In this document: piece by piece, positions 30,689 to 43,261 of the stretch | How positions within the stretch are numbered: position 1 is the stretch's first letter | Layout: each line of letters opens with the position of its first letter | Origin: Adineta vaga | Lineage: Eukaryota; Animalia; Rotifera | Length of the DNA: 64,000 bases | Direction: 5' to 3' | Assembly: GCA_021613535.1 (NCBI GenBank) | Contig: CP075493.1 | Span: 9,114,001-9,178,000, forward strand | Notes under the pieces: generated by a model | Database searches by the model: none | What the model saw: only the letters and a program-made list of their open reading frames with translations | Told to the model about the DNA's origin: nothing | Made by a program: the position numbers and the translations under genes

Positions 30689-31504
30689 ATTCTCTAATAT
30701 TTTTTCACGATGATAATACGAAGCGTTTCTTTTTACTGAAGAATAAATAAACAAATCGTATTATTATTTCATTTCATTCCAATATTAGTAACTATGTCTT
30801 TTTCAATATTTTCATCAATTAGATTTTTTTTATTTATGAAATCTTTATTCATTTTATACTTGGTAATATCTGGTTTAATCTATTTGATTAATTCACATTC
30901 ATTCAGTGAATGTCTTAACAATATCTTTATATATGTGATAATTCCAAAATCTGGTTTACAATGTAAAATTCAACTATCAGTATTGCGCAAAATTTCCGAC
31001 AAACGTCCACTTGTGCTTCATTTATATTTGATAATAATCCGTTTTTTGACGAATTTTCCCATCGATATTTTACTATTATTCATTGTCTACAATTGAATTC
31101 CGCAAATAACTTTTGAGCGGTATAACCTAACTGCAATCTCTCTTGAATGTTTCAATATATTGCTAAACGTGAATTTCATATCTATGATGTATAAATTTGG
31201 AATGAGATTTGATGTAAGCTTCTACTTACTACGAATTGCCTTCAGGTGAAGCTGTCTGATTGAATATCATTGCTCTATTTTCTACTGCGATTATCCATCT
31301 CTGTACATTATCTCGATATGGTTATCGAAAAAACCACAATCTACTAATTCTAAGTCAACTGTTCCATGAAGTTTATTTTTGAACATGTTCTAAGAAATTT
31401 TTATTCACATTAAAAAGATTTCGAGCATTAACAAAATTGGATTGAAGTTCTGCTACCGTGTTTATTGAATGAATAAAAATAGCTAATTGTCAACAATACT
31501 TTTA

Positions 31505-32320
31505 CTAATTCTTTTTTAAATGAAATAATACCGCGCACGTGAAATCATATTGATGAATAGAAGAAAAAAATTTGGGTTCCTCCAAATCCAATAGCGTTAA
31601 ACCGTATTTCTTGAACGTTTGAAAATAAACTGATAATGGCCGATGATAGATATTTAATGAAAAAGGTCCCCATTCTTGTCTTTCCGGTGTTTCATCAAAA
31701 TAAGACTTTGTCCATGTGAAAATACGTTTCGCGCCATCCTTTTCTGGCACACCATCGAAACATGGATGAAGTATAACAATGATTACGCGTCCCGATGATT
31801 TGAGAACACGTTCAAATGCCTAAATACATCCATAGAAACAATCAGAATAAAATCAAAATTTTTCGATTGATTCTTTTATCTAGACTAAATTTACTTTTAT
31901 AACTAATTCAAGGTCCGGTGTATCCATCAAAACATAGTTAGCAATAATCAAATCAATGGAATTATCTTCGATCGATTTTAATTCTGTCACCGAATCATGA
32001 TTAATGGTGATTCTTTGACGATCTTTTTCTTGTTGTACTCGTCGTTCAATATTCTCTTTAGCTATTTTCACGGCAACGGATGATAAGTCAACTCCAATGA
32101 CATGTTTGGCTTGAGTTTCGAGTGCAAATTTGATTGTGAGATATCCATTTCCACAGCCGGCATCAAGAATGACTTGATTGTCAATATTTCCGACGTATTT
32201 CCATAGACAGATATCACTTGATTCTGTTCGATTTTTATCACCGTGATCACCAATCCAGTTATTCCATTGCCCTGCATGTTCATCCCAAAGTTTTTCTACT
32301 GCTTCCAGTTCGCTTTCCAT
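31505..32320 (-). CDS. Class I SAM-dependent methyltransferase, bacterial-like, copy A (intact, 246 aa, intron 31820-31894)
   Basis: ILDAGCGNGYL (motif I), VIGVDLS, DLIIANYVLMD.PDL, AFERVLKSSGRVIIVILHPCF, YHRPLSVY; spliced CDS 741 nt. Confidence 0.88.
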
Positions 32321-32764
32321 GTTTGCGCAAGAGAAAGAAACGATACAGTGAACTTACACAATTGAAATGAAACATTGTTATCTCTGTGTAGTGTATATAT
32401 AGTAGAAAAAGCGATTAAACGTGGAAAAAAGTAAAAACAAATCGTTTTAAACAAGAGAGATGTCACTTTTTATTAAAAGATTCTTGTTCTTGCTTCGACG
32501 TAATCGCTTGACAAAACTTTGTTCGAAGTATTTTCATTTTGAAAACAATTAAAAACGAATAAAATACAAATGCAGAGTATGATCTGAACTCGTACCTTAA
32601 AATTCAAAATAAATAATCAAACGTTTGATTCATGATGGGTGGGATCTTCTATAAATTAGTTTTCGTTCTCCATTTATCTGAAATCGCGTACAACACAAGC
32701 TACACATAGAATTGAATCTCAAAGATTTCAGTTTAACAATGATTCAAATTCTGTATGACTTTTA

Positions 32765-33578
32765 TTAGTACTTTTGCAAATGAAATAATGCTGCATGTGT
32801 AAAATCATATTGATGAACAGGTACATACAGCTTTGGTTCATCAAAATCCAATAGCGTTAAACCATATTTTTTGAACGTTTGAAAATAAACTGATAATGGT
32901 CGATGATAGAGATATTTAATGAAAAAGCTCCCCACTCCTGTCTTTCCGATGTTTCATCAAAATAAGACTTTGTCCATGTGAAAATACGTTTTGCACCATT
33001 CTTTTCTGGCATAACATCAAAACATGGATGTGTTATAGCAATAACTACACGTCCAGATGGTTTGAGAACACGTTCGAATGCCTAAATATTTTCATATACA
33101 CGTTTACAATGTAAATAATCTTCGAATTCATTTTTTGTCACGAAATTACTTTAATGACGAAATCAAGGTCCGGTATATCCATCAAAACATAGTTAGCAAT
33201 AATCAAATCAATGGAATTATCTTCGATCGATTTTAATTCTGTCACCGAATCATGATTAATGGTGATTCTTTGACGATCTTTTTCTTGTTGTACTCGTCGT
33301 TCAATATTCTCTTTAGCTATTTTCACGGCAACAGATGATAAGTCAATTCCAATGACATGTTTGGCTTGAGTTTCAAGTGCAAATTTGATTGTGAGATATC
33401 CATTTCCACAGCCAGCATCAAGAATAACGATTTGATTATCAGTATTTCCGACGTATTTCCATAGACAGATATCACTTGATTCTGTTCGATTTCGATCACC
33501 ATGATCACCAGCCAATTGATTCCATTCAAGTGCTTGTTCATCCCAAAGTTTTTCTACCTTTCCTAACTCATTGGTCAT
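32765..33578 (-). pseudogene. Class I SAM-dependent methyltransferase copy B, 2-bp insertion frameshift (intron 33082-33149)
   Basis: Paralog of copy A. An extra 'ga' at ~32909-32912 (cgatgatagaGAtattt vs cgatgatagatattt) shifts the frame before YHRPLS and gives a stop at 32857-32859. The ancestral stop is at 32765-32767. Confidence 0.8.
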
Positions 33579-33722
33579 CGTTGGAAGAATAATCAGAAAA
33601 ATAAACTGTTAGACAAGAAAAATGAGGAATATTATCATCTTCATGCGTTTATGTATGAGAAAAAGAAAGGATGATTAATACATAGAAAAAAATAAAGCAA
33701 ATCGTTATCGGTAAGAGAGATG

Positions 33723-36012
33723 TCACTTCTTTTTAGAAGATTGAAATGTAGACGGTGGAAATTGCTGTTCATTTTCTGCGGAAAACGTTGCTTGAGTTAT
33801 CAGTTCTGGTAATAGTTGAATTTGATCATCGACATGAATTGATTCATCAAATGGATGTGACATGTCAGTATCGATTGTTGTCGATGGAGGAGATGATTTT
33901 AATTTCGTATAGACAACAGTTGGTGTACTTGATTGATCTTCAGATGTTGTTCTTGTCGATGAACGTCTTGTTCGTTGAGATGAACTTATCGCATTATTAT
34001 CAATTGAATATGACCTATGATTTCTTCGAATATGACGAACAAAAAAAAGAGTACCTATTATAAAGATAATAGGTGTCAATAAAGCAGCAAGTGAAATCAT
34101 TAGGAATGGTCGATAACGAGAATATAGACTGTTACGATGAACGGATGTGTTATTATCAAGTTTAAAATCAATTCTAGTTTCATTATCATAAAGATCTTCA
34201 TCAGGCACTGGATCAGAAGCAGATATATTTAATTGAGTTGTAGAGTTTACTAATGTCGGTATAGTAGTTGTAGTAGATTCGGTTGTTATATTTAATTCTA
34301 ATATATTAACTGCAGTTTGTTTATTCAGTATAATTTTCGAGATATTTCGTTGAATTGGTTGACATTGACAAACTGGATGACCACCATCAGCACATCGATG
34401 AAGTATTGTAAATGCACCTGATGCACGAGTAAAATAACGTAATACACATTCATTTAGAGAAGTTTTCTCTCCAACTAATAATCGTAACCAATGTTTTTTA
34501 CTTGTCACATTTCTTAATATACTTTTGCTTGTTATTTCTAATTGATAATAAAAAAATTCCAGAAGAATATCATCCGGTGTTCGACCCAGAAATTCTGTTC
34601 CATTTATATTTCCCCATTCATGAGAATTTAATTTAACAAGACTACTATTCGAATATTTACGAGAACAATGTTCTTCTCCAGATTGAATATCATAAACAAA
34701 GGATGGCAATACATAATAACACATATTATTGAATGAAACGAAATCTATAGGACAGGAAATATTATCAACAATAGGTAATTGTTCGTTCTTTTGTCTAGAA
34801 TGCATATATACATATATATAGTAAATATCACATGGATTACAGAGATACTTACATGGTTTGAAGTTCTGGGTTATCTTCACTGATAGTCTGTAAAGGTTTT
34901 TGTACACATAAGAAATAATCTGATAGAAATGCTGTTGAACACGGAAGAAGGTCAACAGATGGTAGTTGATCTAATTTCAATTGAGTCTTCACAATACATA
35001 AATCATCTGTGGGAACTGAAATATTTTTCGATGGAAGTAAATCATCGAATATATACGTAGAATTTCGATCGATCCAAAGAAAATTACGTCTATTCGATAC
35101 AAATGAATATGATTGTAATTGTTTCCATTGTTCAAAAGTTTTGATTAACATAGGTATACAAGTTGTCCAAGGATTAGTTTTTGAATAGAAATTTCGTGGA
35201 CGAGCTGTGATTAATTTTAAACATAAAGATAAACTTCGATCGTAAGTGAATGTTGATAAACAAGAATGTTGAACATCAATTTTTACGGCTGTATCCGAAT
35301 GAACTTCCGAATAATTGAAAGAATTTGAAAAACTATCCTTTAAATATGGTAAAAATGAACAATGAATCAATGGTTTTCGTACAGCTGTATGTAGAATTGT
35401 TTTTGACGACATTATCGGTAGACAATAACAAGATTTTTTTAATGAAAGTATAAATGAAAAATCACCAGTTTTACGAAGTGTTTGACAACGTTCTCGACAG
35501 GAAATTATTGCTTGAGTATATTCTTCATTCGTTAATAATGCATTCGGATGATAATTTTGAATTCCATGTAGATAATAACATCCATCAAATGACCAGTCAT
35601 AAATTGTTGATAACGATGGTAAAATATTGAAATCATTGGATAAAGAATAGATTTCCAATGCGTTTGAACTGCAATTATTAACTGATAGAAGTTCACCAAG
35701 TTGTGCGTGTAATTGATATCGAGTGTTAATTGTATATAAACACATACAATTTGTATGATTTGAATTGATTAGAATAAGTGTTCGACGACATAAACGAAAA
35801 CATAGTTCTATTGTCATATTCGAAGTTGTAAAGGTTTGATAAATGGACGTTGAATTTATATGAATGAAATCAATTAGATGTTGTCTTGCAGGATTTAATA
35901 TTAAACAAGCGATATGAGAATATGTTGATATAGTTAAATCTTCTTGATTACTAATTGAAATAATGATAGGAATAATACAGAAGAAAAGGAGGATTCGAAT
36001 GAGCATTTTCAT
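33723..36012 (-). CDS. Type I membrane protein with WSC-like and C-type-lectin-like extracellular modules (one intron, ~34796-34852)
   Basis: Signal peptide; MTIELCFRLC..CMC and FDGCYY..CRERC..SCYC (WSC-like); CPIDFVSFNNMCYYV..C..HPVCQ (CTLD-like); Thr-rich stalk; TM FLMISLAALLTPIIFIIGTLFFV; Ser/Thr-rich tail. at|gtaagt..tag|a splices in frame. Confidence 0.72.
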
Positions 36013-36577
36013 TTTAGTGAAAAAGAAACGAAGAGCATGTATGTATGTATGTAGTAATAATAAGAATCAACTTCAAGCATCTTTTTTTAATTCAACAACG
36101 AAAAAAGAAAACAAACAGTTGGTACAAAATAGATCAGATTTCAATCATGTGCGTATGTTAGTTGATTTTTGTTTATCAATAAGTTACAGATGGAAACTAC
36201 TATATTTAGAGTATATCAATCTACGTCTTGAAAAATTTATCCAAAAATGAATACGTTTTTCTTTTCTTCTAAAATACTCATTCATATGTTTGTCGTTAGA
36301 AAGAAAATTATTACTATAAGAATCGTATAATTATTTTCTATGTTGGATGTTTATACAAAAGATTTATAATCTTGTTCAAGAATAATAGAATACTGGTTTC
36401 GATTAGACAATTTGTATGAAGGAAAAGAATTCACACTGTTGATCTTTATTCGGCTGGAATGTTTTCTAAAGGTCATAATTTGTATATTTGATTGATTTTA
36501 TCACTATGCAACATAGTCGTTCGATTGGTTATTATGAAATATTGGATGATAGTATAGAATCACTTTTGTTGAACACG

Positions 36578-38409
36578 ATGAAACTGATGTTTGTGTATTT
36601 GTTCATTGGATTTCTCAACGAATGTTTATTAAGTATTTGGAGACGATTAGCTTGCTTTTGTTTTTTTCACAAATGAATCCTTTATTTTAGTTCGTAGTGA
36701 TCAAGCGACTGAACTCTATGATTATCTGATGTTCAATTATAATAAATATGTTCGGCCAGTGAGAAATAATTCCGATATTCTCAATGTCAAAGTTGGTCTC
36801 AAACTTATTCGAATTGATGATGTTGTATGTATGAAATGATTTGTTTTCTCGAAGAAAAAAATGTAGTTGAACTGCATTTTAACAGAATGCAAAGAATCAA
36901 ATAATACGAACTCATGTCTATGTACTTCATGTTAGTGAGTTGAAGAATTTAGACGAATAAGTGAATTTGTATGTGTTTAGGAATGGCAAGATTATAGTTT
37001 TATTTGGTCACCGGACGATTTTGGTGGAATTGAATATATACAAATACCCAATGATTTGATATGGAAACCAGATCTTGTTTTATATAATAGTAAATCTTAT
37101 TCTTTCATAAGAATAAATCGATATGTTTTCTTAAAGATGCTGATGGAGATTATCAGGTGAGATCAAAAGCAAAAGCATTTATTCGATACGATGGAACAGT
37201 GACATGGGTTTGTTGGTACTGATTCGTATTTTAAAATATACATTTTGATTTCGATAGAATCCTCCAATGATTTATAAATCTTATTGTCCGATTAATATTC
37301 ATCTTTATCCATTTGATAAACAAAATTGTACATTGAAATTTGGTACATGGTCATATTCTGGTTCATTGGTAAACTTACAATTTCTCACGGATCATCAATC
37401 AATACTGATTGAACGAGGATGGGATCTAGAAGATTATACACCTTCAATCGAATGGGATATTCTCGGTAAATCTATCGAAAATTATTCTCCTACTATTCTT
37501 CTTTTCTTTTCTAAAGATCTTACTGCTATTCGTCATGAAATTGTTTATGCATGTTGTGCAGAAATTTATCTTGATCTAACATTTACATGTGTTATACAAC
37601 GGAAATCTTTATTCTATACGATCAATCTAATCCTTCCATGTACTAATATATCTGTTTTGACTGTATTAGTTTTTCTTCAACCATCGGATAGTCGAAAAAA
37701 GATTACATTATCAATATCCATTCTTGTAGCTTTACTTGTATTTTATTTATTATTAATCGAATTGATGCCTCCAACATCATTTGCAGTACCTTTATTTGGA
37801 AAATATCTTCTATTTACACTTGTTCTCCTGAGTCTATCCATTGCAATTACAATAATTACATTGAATATACATTTTCGACGATATTCAACGTCATATATAC
37901 CTTTGTGGTTTAGAAATATTTTAATGATTTATTTACCAAAAGTTCTTCTTATGAAACGACCATCGATACCATCAAAATATATATATAAAAAGCAAAAATC
38001 AACATTAAGATATGACAATTATCAATTACGCTATCAATGGCAAGATGAACGACAACGACGTAAGATTGCAACTGCAACTAATCAGATCACTTATATCGCA
38101 CAACAGATAGAAAATATAAAAAATGAAAAAGAGGTAGAGTAGCTTGTTCTGATGTAATGACTATTCGATTTGATTGAATTATATTTCCTATTTGATGTCG
38201 AAATATAGATCAGCGAAGAATGGCGTTTTATTGCTTTAATACTCGATCGTCTATTTCTAATTATTTTCGTCTCAGTTACACTCATCGGCACTTTTGAATC
38301 ATTTCGTCATGCTCCATCATTATATAAACCTACGACATCAATAAATCCCATCTGTTATTTGTATTACCCACCAATCAATGATTCTCAATGGATGAAAATA
38401 TGTAATTAA
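36578..38409 (+). CDS. Nicotinic acetylcholine receptor alpha-type subunit (Cys-loop channel), multi-exon
   Basis: LYDYLMFNYNKYVRPV, WKPDLVLYN, Cys-loop CPINIHLYPFDKQNC, KFGTWSY (loop B), YACCAEIY (vicinal Cys, loop C), M1-M3, TSFAVPLFGKY, EEWRFIALILDRLFL (M4). Confidence 0.93.
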
Positions 38410-38635
38410 ATAATTAATCGATCGATCAAATTGACAACTTTTAATGTAATTCTATTTGATTATAAAGAAAGACATTTGAGTTTAAAACAACGCACGTACA
38501 TTAAACATGAAATTTCACCGTTACAAACATAAAATAAAATCAACCGGTCGATTAAAAATTACTGTTCAATAGAATGGACTAAAGTTCCGTTGATTGATTA
38601 TTCTAAAATCATACTCAAAACAATATTTTCACTTA

Positions 38636-40789
38636 TCACCTCCAATACAAACTTACACTATTTTGTTCATTAAGATAAACTCTGGAGAAAAAGGCTGGTA
38701 ATTGTACATTTCTTGGTACTTGATTTTTAATATAATCTTGTATCGTTATATTTAATTTCTTCAATGATGGTAATAATAACATTAATGTATAAAAATCTCG
38801 ACTTTTACTTCCACGTTTACAATCCATATAATCACATAATGCACATGTTAATTCTGTTTGAGTAGAATCAATTAAGAGAAAGTCATTTAAACATAGATTA
38901 CTTGTTGATATAATTAACAATGAAAGAAATAATGAAAATTCTTTATCATCAAGTTTTAATGCAAACATATATGTTTGAAGTTTTTCAACATCGGATCGTA
39001 TATATTCAATAAAGGGAAATAATTGTTGAAATTGTTCATTTAATTTTTGATTATTTGTATTAAAATAATTCCAAAATGAAGATTGATCACTATGGTGTAA
39101 ACATAGAATGATGATACTATGAATTGACGATTTTATCAATTGAATTTGATCGTTAACAGTATGAAAATTCATGAAAATTAGGTATACGTGTAGCAAATTT
39201 AACTGAACGATTTGCATAATTTTTAAATTGATTCATACATAATGACCATATATCCGTAGAATCTTGACAAATAGATAAATTCTATGCGATAAAAAGACGA
39301 AGATTGGTCCGAAAATCATTGAATTTTGTGTATAGACTTACGTCAAGTGTTTCTTTGAAAGCTTTGTGAATATTTGAAATCAATTGTCTACATTGAGGAT
39401 CTAATTGATCTTCAAAATCAATAAATGTTGATGTAGAATGTGTTACTAGAATAGACAAGTTTTCATCTAGAAACGATGTTTATTAATGTTTTAAAACTAA
39501 CTTACAGTCACTTTCGGAACTACTTGATTCATCTATTATTCTTCGTTTATTTGTTGTTCGATTTCGTGTTGATGATGTTGAATGAACCATTTGATGAAGC
39601 ATTGTTGTATTGGGCATTTGTCCATTACTCTGAAGCATCATACCTAAATTCATTCATTTATTTTTGAATAAAATCAAACATGAATTAATCACTTACGCAT
39701 ATGATGTTTGAATAAATTACTCTGCCGTCCAATTCGACTTCCTAAAATGATTTCTACTATTAAATTATAAATAAAGATTAGTTGTACCTTCAACAGACAT
39801 GCCCACTGTAATACATCGTTGGAATCGACAATAACGACATGCATTTCTTGTTGAAACTGTTATTTCACATGTGCCATTATCCATACATTTATAACGACTT
39901 GGTGCTCTTTCTTTAATACTTCTTCGGAAAAAACCCTATCCGAAAAATCATCTATATACAATATCTCATACGCACACACACACTATCGAGCTTACTTTAC
40001 ATCCTTCACAAGTTATCGCTCCTATAAATATATACAAATGAAGAGAAATTTCCATTTGGAGAAAGAAAAGATTTCAATAAACTTCTTACCGAAATGAATA
40101 CCACTGGATGGTCCTTGACACACATAACAAGAGATTTGAGCAAATATATCAGCTACTCGAGGTGTCTGTTGTAGTTCTATTCCTTCTACAAACATTTACG
40201 AATAATTGGAAATCTTAGGCATACAAACAAACTATACAATAACCTTTGACAGTCATGCCAATCATTAGACATTTTTGAAATCGACAATATTGACATTGTG
40301 TACGGGTATTTCTTGTAATCATACAATCTTTATTCTTTACACATTTATATTTTTGATCTTCACCATTGATGGATCGTAGGAAAAATTTCTAATTAAACAT
40401 GATCAATCCCATTTTTCATATTTTGAACGTATTCAAATTTTACTTTGCATGCTTCACAAGTGATTGCTCCACAATGAAGTCCAGAGGATTGTTCTCCACA
40501 TACTTGACATGGTTCAAATCGAGCTTCGAGCAAAATCGATAATGGATCTGTTCCTTCTGTACGTGATCCATGTGGTACATTACTGTAAGTACAAAAAGAA
40601 ATATACAATTTTGATATGATTGAACTTAATATTGGACAAAAAAGACAATAGCTAATGTCCAATATCAAGAGCATAGGTTCTGGTAAACTATGTATATGAT
40701 TATTGAAATCCTTAAATTATTATTTACATAGAAAACAAAACTTACCTATTGATCATCTTTGATCGACGACTATCATCCATTGCAAACAT
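38636..40789 (-). CDS. Nuclear receptor with two tandem DNA-binding domains (2DBD-NR) and LBD, multi-exon
   Basis: DBD1 [38 protein letters not shown]; DBD2 [68 protein letters not shown]-like segment..LKLDDKEFSLF. Start codon tentative. Confidence 0.9.
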
Positions 40790-41842
40790 GACGACGTCTG
40801 ATAGTTGATCTTTTCTCTTTTTTGTTCGATGACGAAGAAATAAAAAGAGAAGTAAAAAAAAGCAATTGGTAGAGAAAGAGGAAAGAAGAAGAAAATATGT
40901 CTTTGATTTTTTATTTGTGATGTATTGATATCCAATGACCGATCAGATCAACTGATGTCTTTTCTCTTTCTCTCTCTCTTCCATTCATGATGTGCGAGGG
41001 TCGATATTTCAATGACAAAAAAAAAGAGGGGAAAAGTCGACTTTGTCAATTGAGTAATCTCAAAATGACACTTACCAGTAGCAAATTTGTGATTTATTTA
41101 TCTATAGTTCTTTCTTTTTCATATACTCTTTATAAGCATTGTGATATAACAAAAAGGTAATTCTATAACATCACGCACATCTCTCATTCGTCTCTTTTGG
41201 TCTATTTGATACTATATACAGAATTTGTTCTAGATACGAGACACAATATTTTATTGCATATAGACATGTACATTCTTCTTCTTTTACTTAGTTCTCTTGC
41301 ACATATTGATATGAAGTTGACTGATAAGAATGATAACATACGACTAGTCAAATTGAATGATAAATTGATTAAAAGAAACTTGATTGAAATTTAAATCTTA
41401 GTGATATTAGTAGTCGATAGACCTATAATTTATATACTCTAATTATATGATTTTCTTAGAAAGTTAAAGCTATTTTCACATAGGTGTACTGGCATACTGT
41501 CAGAAATAGATTTCAATTATATGTTTGCACGGCAGTTCAATAAAGGTCATTGTATTTTAGAAGAAAAACTAATCGATTCACATTTGAGTACTACCAAGAA
41601 AGTCATCGTTGCTCGAGAAAATATCAAATTAAATACTGTAACTAATGTACTTCTTTGAGATTCGATAATTTTTATTTTCGTAAACTTTGACAAATGAATA
41701 GGATTTCACATGACTACTGATGTTAATAGGCTTTTTTGTAGTGCTTCAATATGTGATTTATAAGACACTTTGTTATTCTTATTTATTAACTTTATTCATC
41801 GATTTCATATGCGTGTTGTTGTTTCGTACTTCCACCAAAAAC

Positions 41843-42868
41843 ATGACATCGGCGGTAGCAAGAAAACAATGTTCCAACGACAGTAATTGTACCCAGACCA
41901 CGGTTGCCAATTGTGAGGGCTGTTCAAAAGCTTTTTGTCCAACACATTTTACTCAACATCGTAATTTACTTGATGAGAAAATGAATTTAATTATGAGCAA
42001 GCATAATGATCTAAAGAAGATGTTTAATCATCATAGATCAGAACCGTATAATCATCCGCTAATTCAAAATATTAATAGTTGGGAGAAAGAATCAGTTGCA
42101 AAGATTCAGCGTCGAGCAAAGGAGCTTCGAAAAGAAGTACTTCAATTAACAATCGCAAATCAAAATGAATTATCAATAAAACTACAGCAGCTATCTGACA
42201 GATTAAAGCAAAGTCGTGTAAATGGTGATTTCATTGAAACAGATCTTCAGTTATGGAAGAATAGTTTGATTGAACTAAAAACTAACTTAAATTCTTTATC
42301 GACAATATCCATTACGCAAAATGATGATAAGCCAATCGTATTTAATATGTTTATTGAGTCATATCGAAAAGTAAACGATGTATTCGAACGTCTTTCAGAC
42401 AATAGTGTTCAAATACTGAAATCTGGAAGAGTAGCCGCTCATGATGCAACAAAAAATCTCACAGAAGTACGAGGAAAACATGAGTATAGTTCGGGATGTT
42501 ATGAAATTCATTTATCTATCGACCGTTTTATTGGTGAATGGATGTTTTTTGGAATCAATTCGAAATCTGGTACTCTAGAGAAAATTTCGTCTGCACCTCC
42601 TGCATCAGCATGTGGATGGTCTAGTGACAATTCTTGTTGGTTAAATGGAACAGATCAAGTTGTGGGATCTAATCCTTCAGTTGAATTAAAAATGGATGAC
42701 AAAATATGTTTGCTCGTAGATTGTGACAATCGTCAACTTTCAATGGTAAACCAACGCACCAAAGCAAAGCATGAATTAATTGTAGATGAGAATTTCTGTC
42801 CATTTCCATGTCAACTTTCTATTGCTTTATATGATCCAAATAGTTATGTACGAATTGTAAACACTTAA
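41843..42868 (+). CDS. B-box-like Zn finger + coiled coil + SPRY/B30.2-like protein, copy 1 (intact, intronless)
   Basis: CxxxxxC..CEGCSKAFCPTHFTQHR, heptad region, RGKHEYSSG, WMFFGI, CGW, DKICLLVDC, FP.QL.I.LY. Start chosen by alignment with the paralogs. Confidence 0.78.
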   Translation: MTSAVARKQCSNDSNCTQTTVANCEGCSKAFCPTHFTQHRNLLDEKMNLIMSKHNDLKKMFNHHRSEPYNHPLIQNINSWEKESVAKIQRRAKELRKEVLQLTIANQNELSIKLQQLSDRLKQSRVNGDFIETDLQLWKNSLIELKTNLNSLSTISITQNDDKPIVFNMFIESYRKVNDVFERLSDNSVQILKSGRVAAHDATKNLTEVRGKHEYSSGCYEIHLSIDRFIGEWMFFGINSKSGTLEKISSAPPASACGWSSDNSCWLNGTDQVVGSNPSVELKMDDKICLLVDCDNRQLSMVNQRTKAKHELIVDENFCPFPCQLSIALYDPNSYVRIVNT

Positions 42869-43261
42869 ATTTTAGTATGGCTTTTATTTGTTTGTTTTTT
42901 TATCGGATAAATAAAAGCTGCACTTCATTGAATCATCAAACAATTATTTTAGTATTCACATAGCATTCTAAGATCGATTTGCAATAAAGAACCGGCATAT
43001 ATTTTAAACTACAATTAGATCAACATTTTTTATGGTCTATCATAAAATTTCTGGTCATTCTCATCGTTCTTCATTCATATGGATTGCTAGACATCAATTT
43101 CGAATAACATTCGCCGAAAATTTCTCACACTATCATCTAAAACTATAACTCATTGTATAAATAAAGTGTTGTCTGTTGACTTTACGCAAAATCTTTATCT
43201 TTTTATTGACATTTTGATATACTAGTCATTTGTATACTGTGCTCGATATCCACGCATACAC

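Noticed and set aside
30740-31340. ORF 30794-31096 and a coding-like minus-strand stretch
   Set aside because: No recognisable motif, and multiple stops on the minus strand; at most an unidentifiable remnant.
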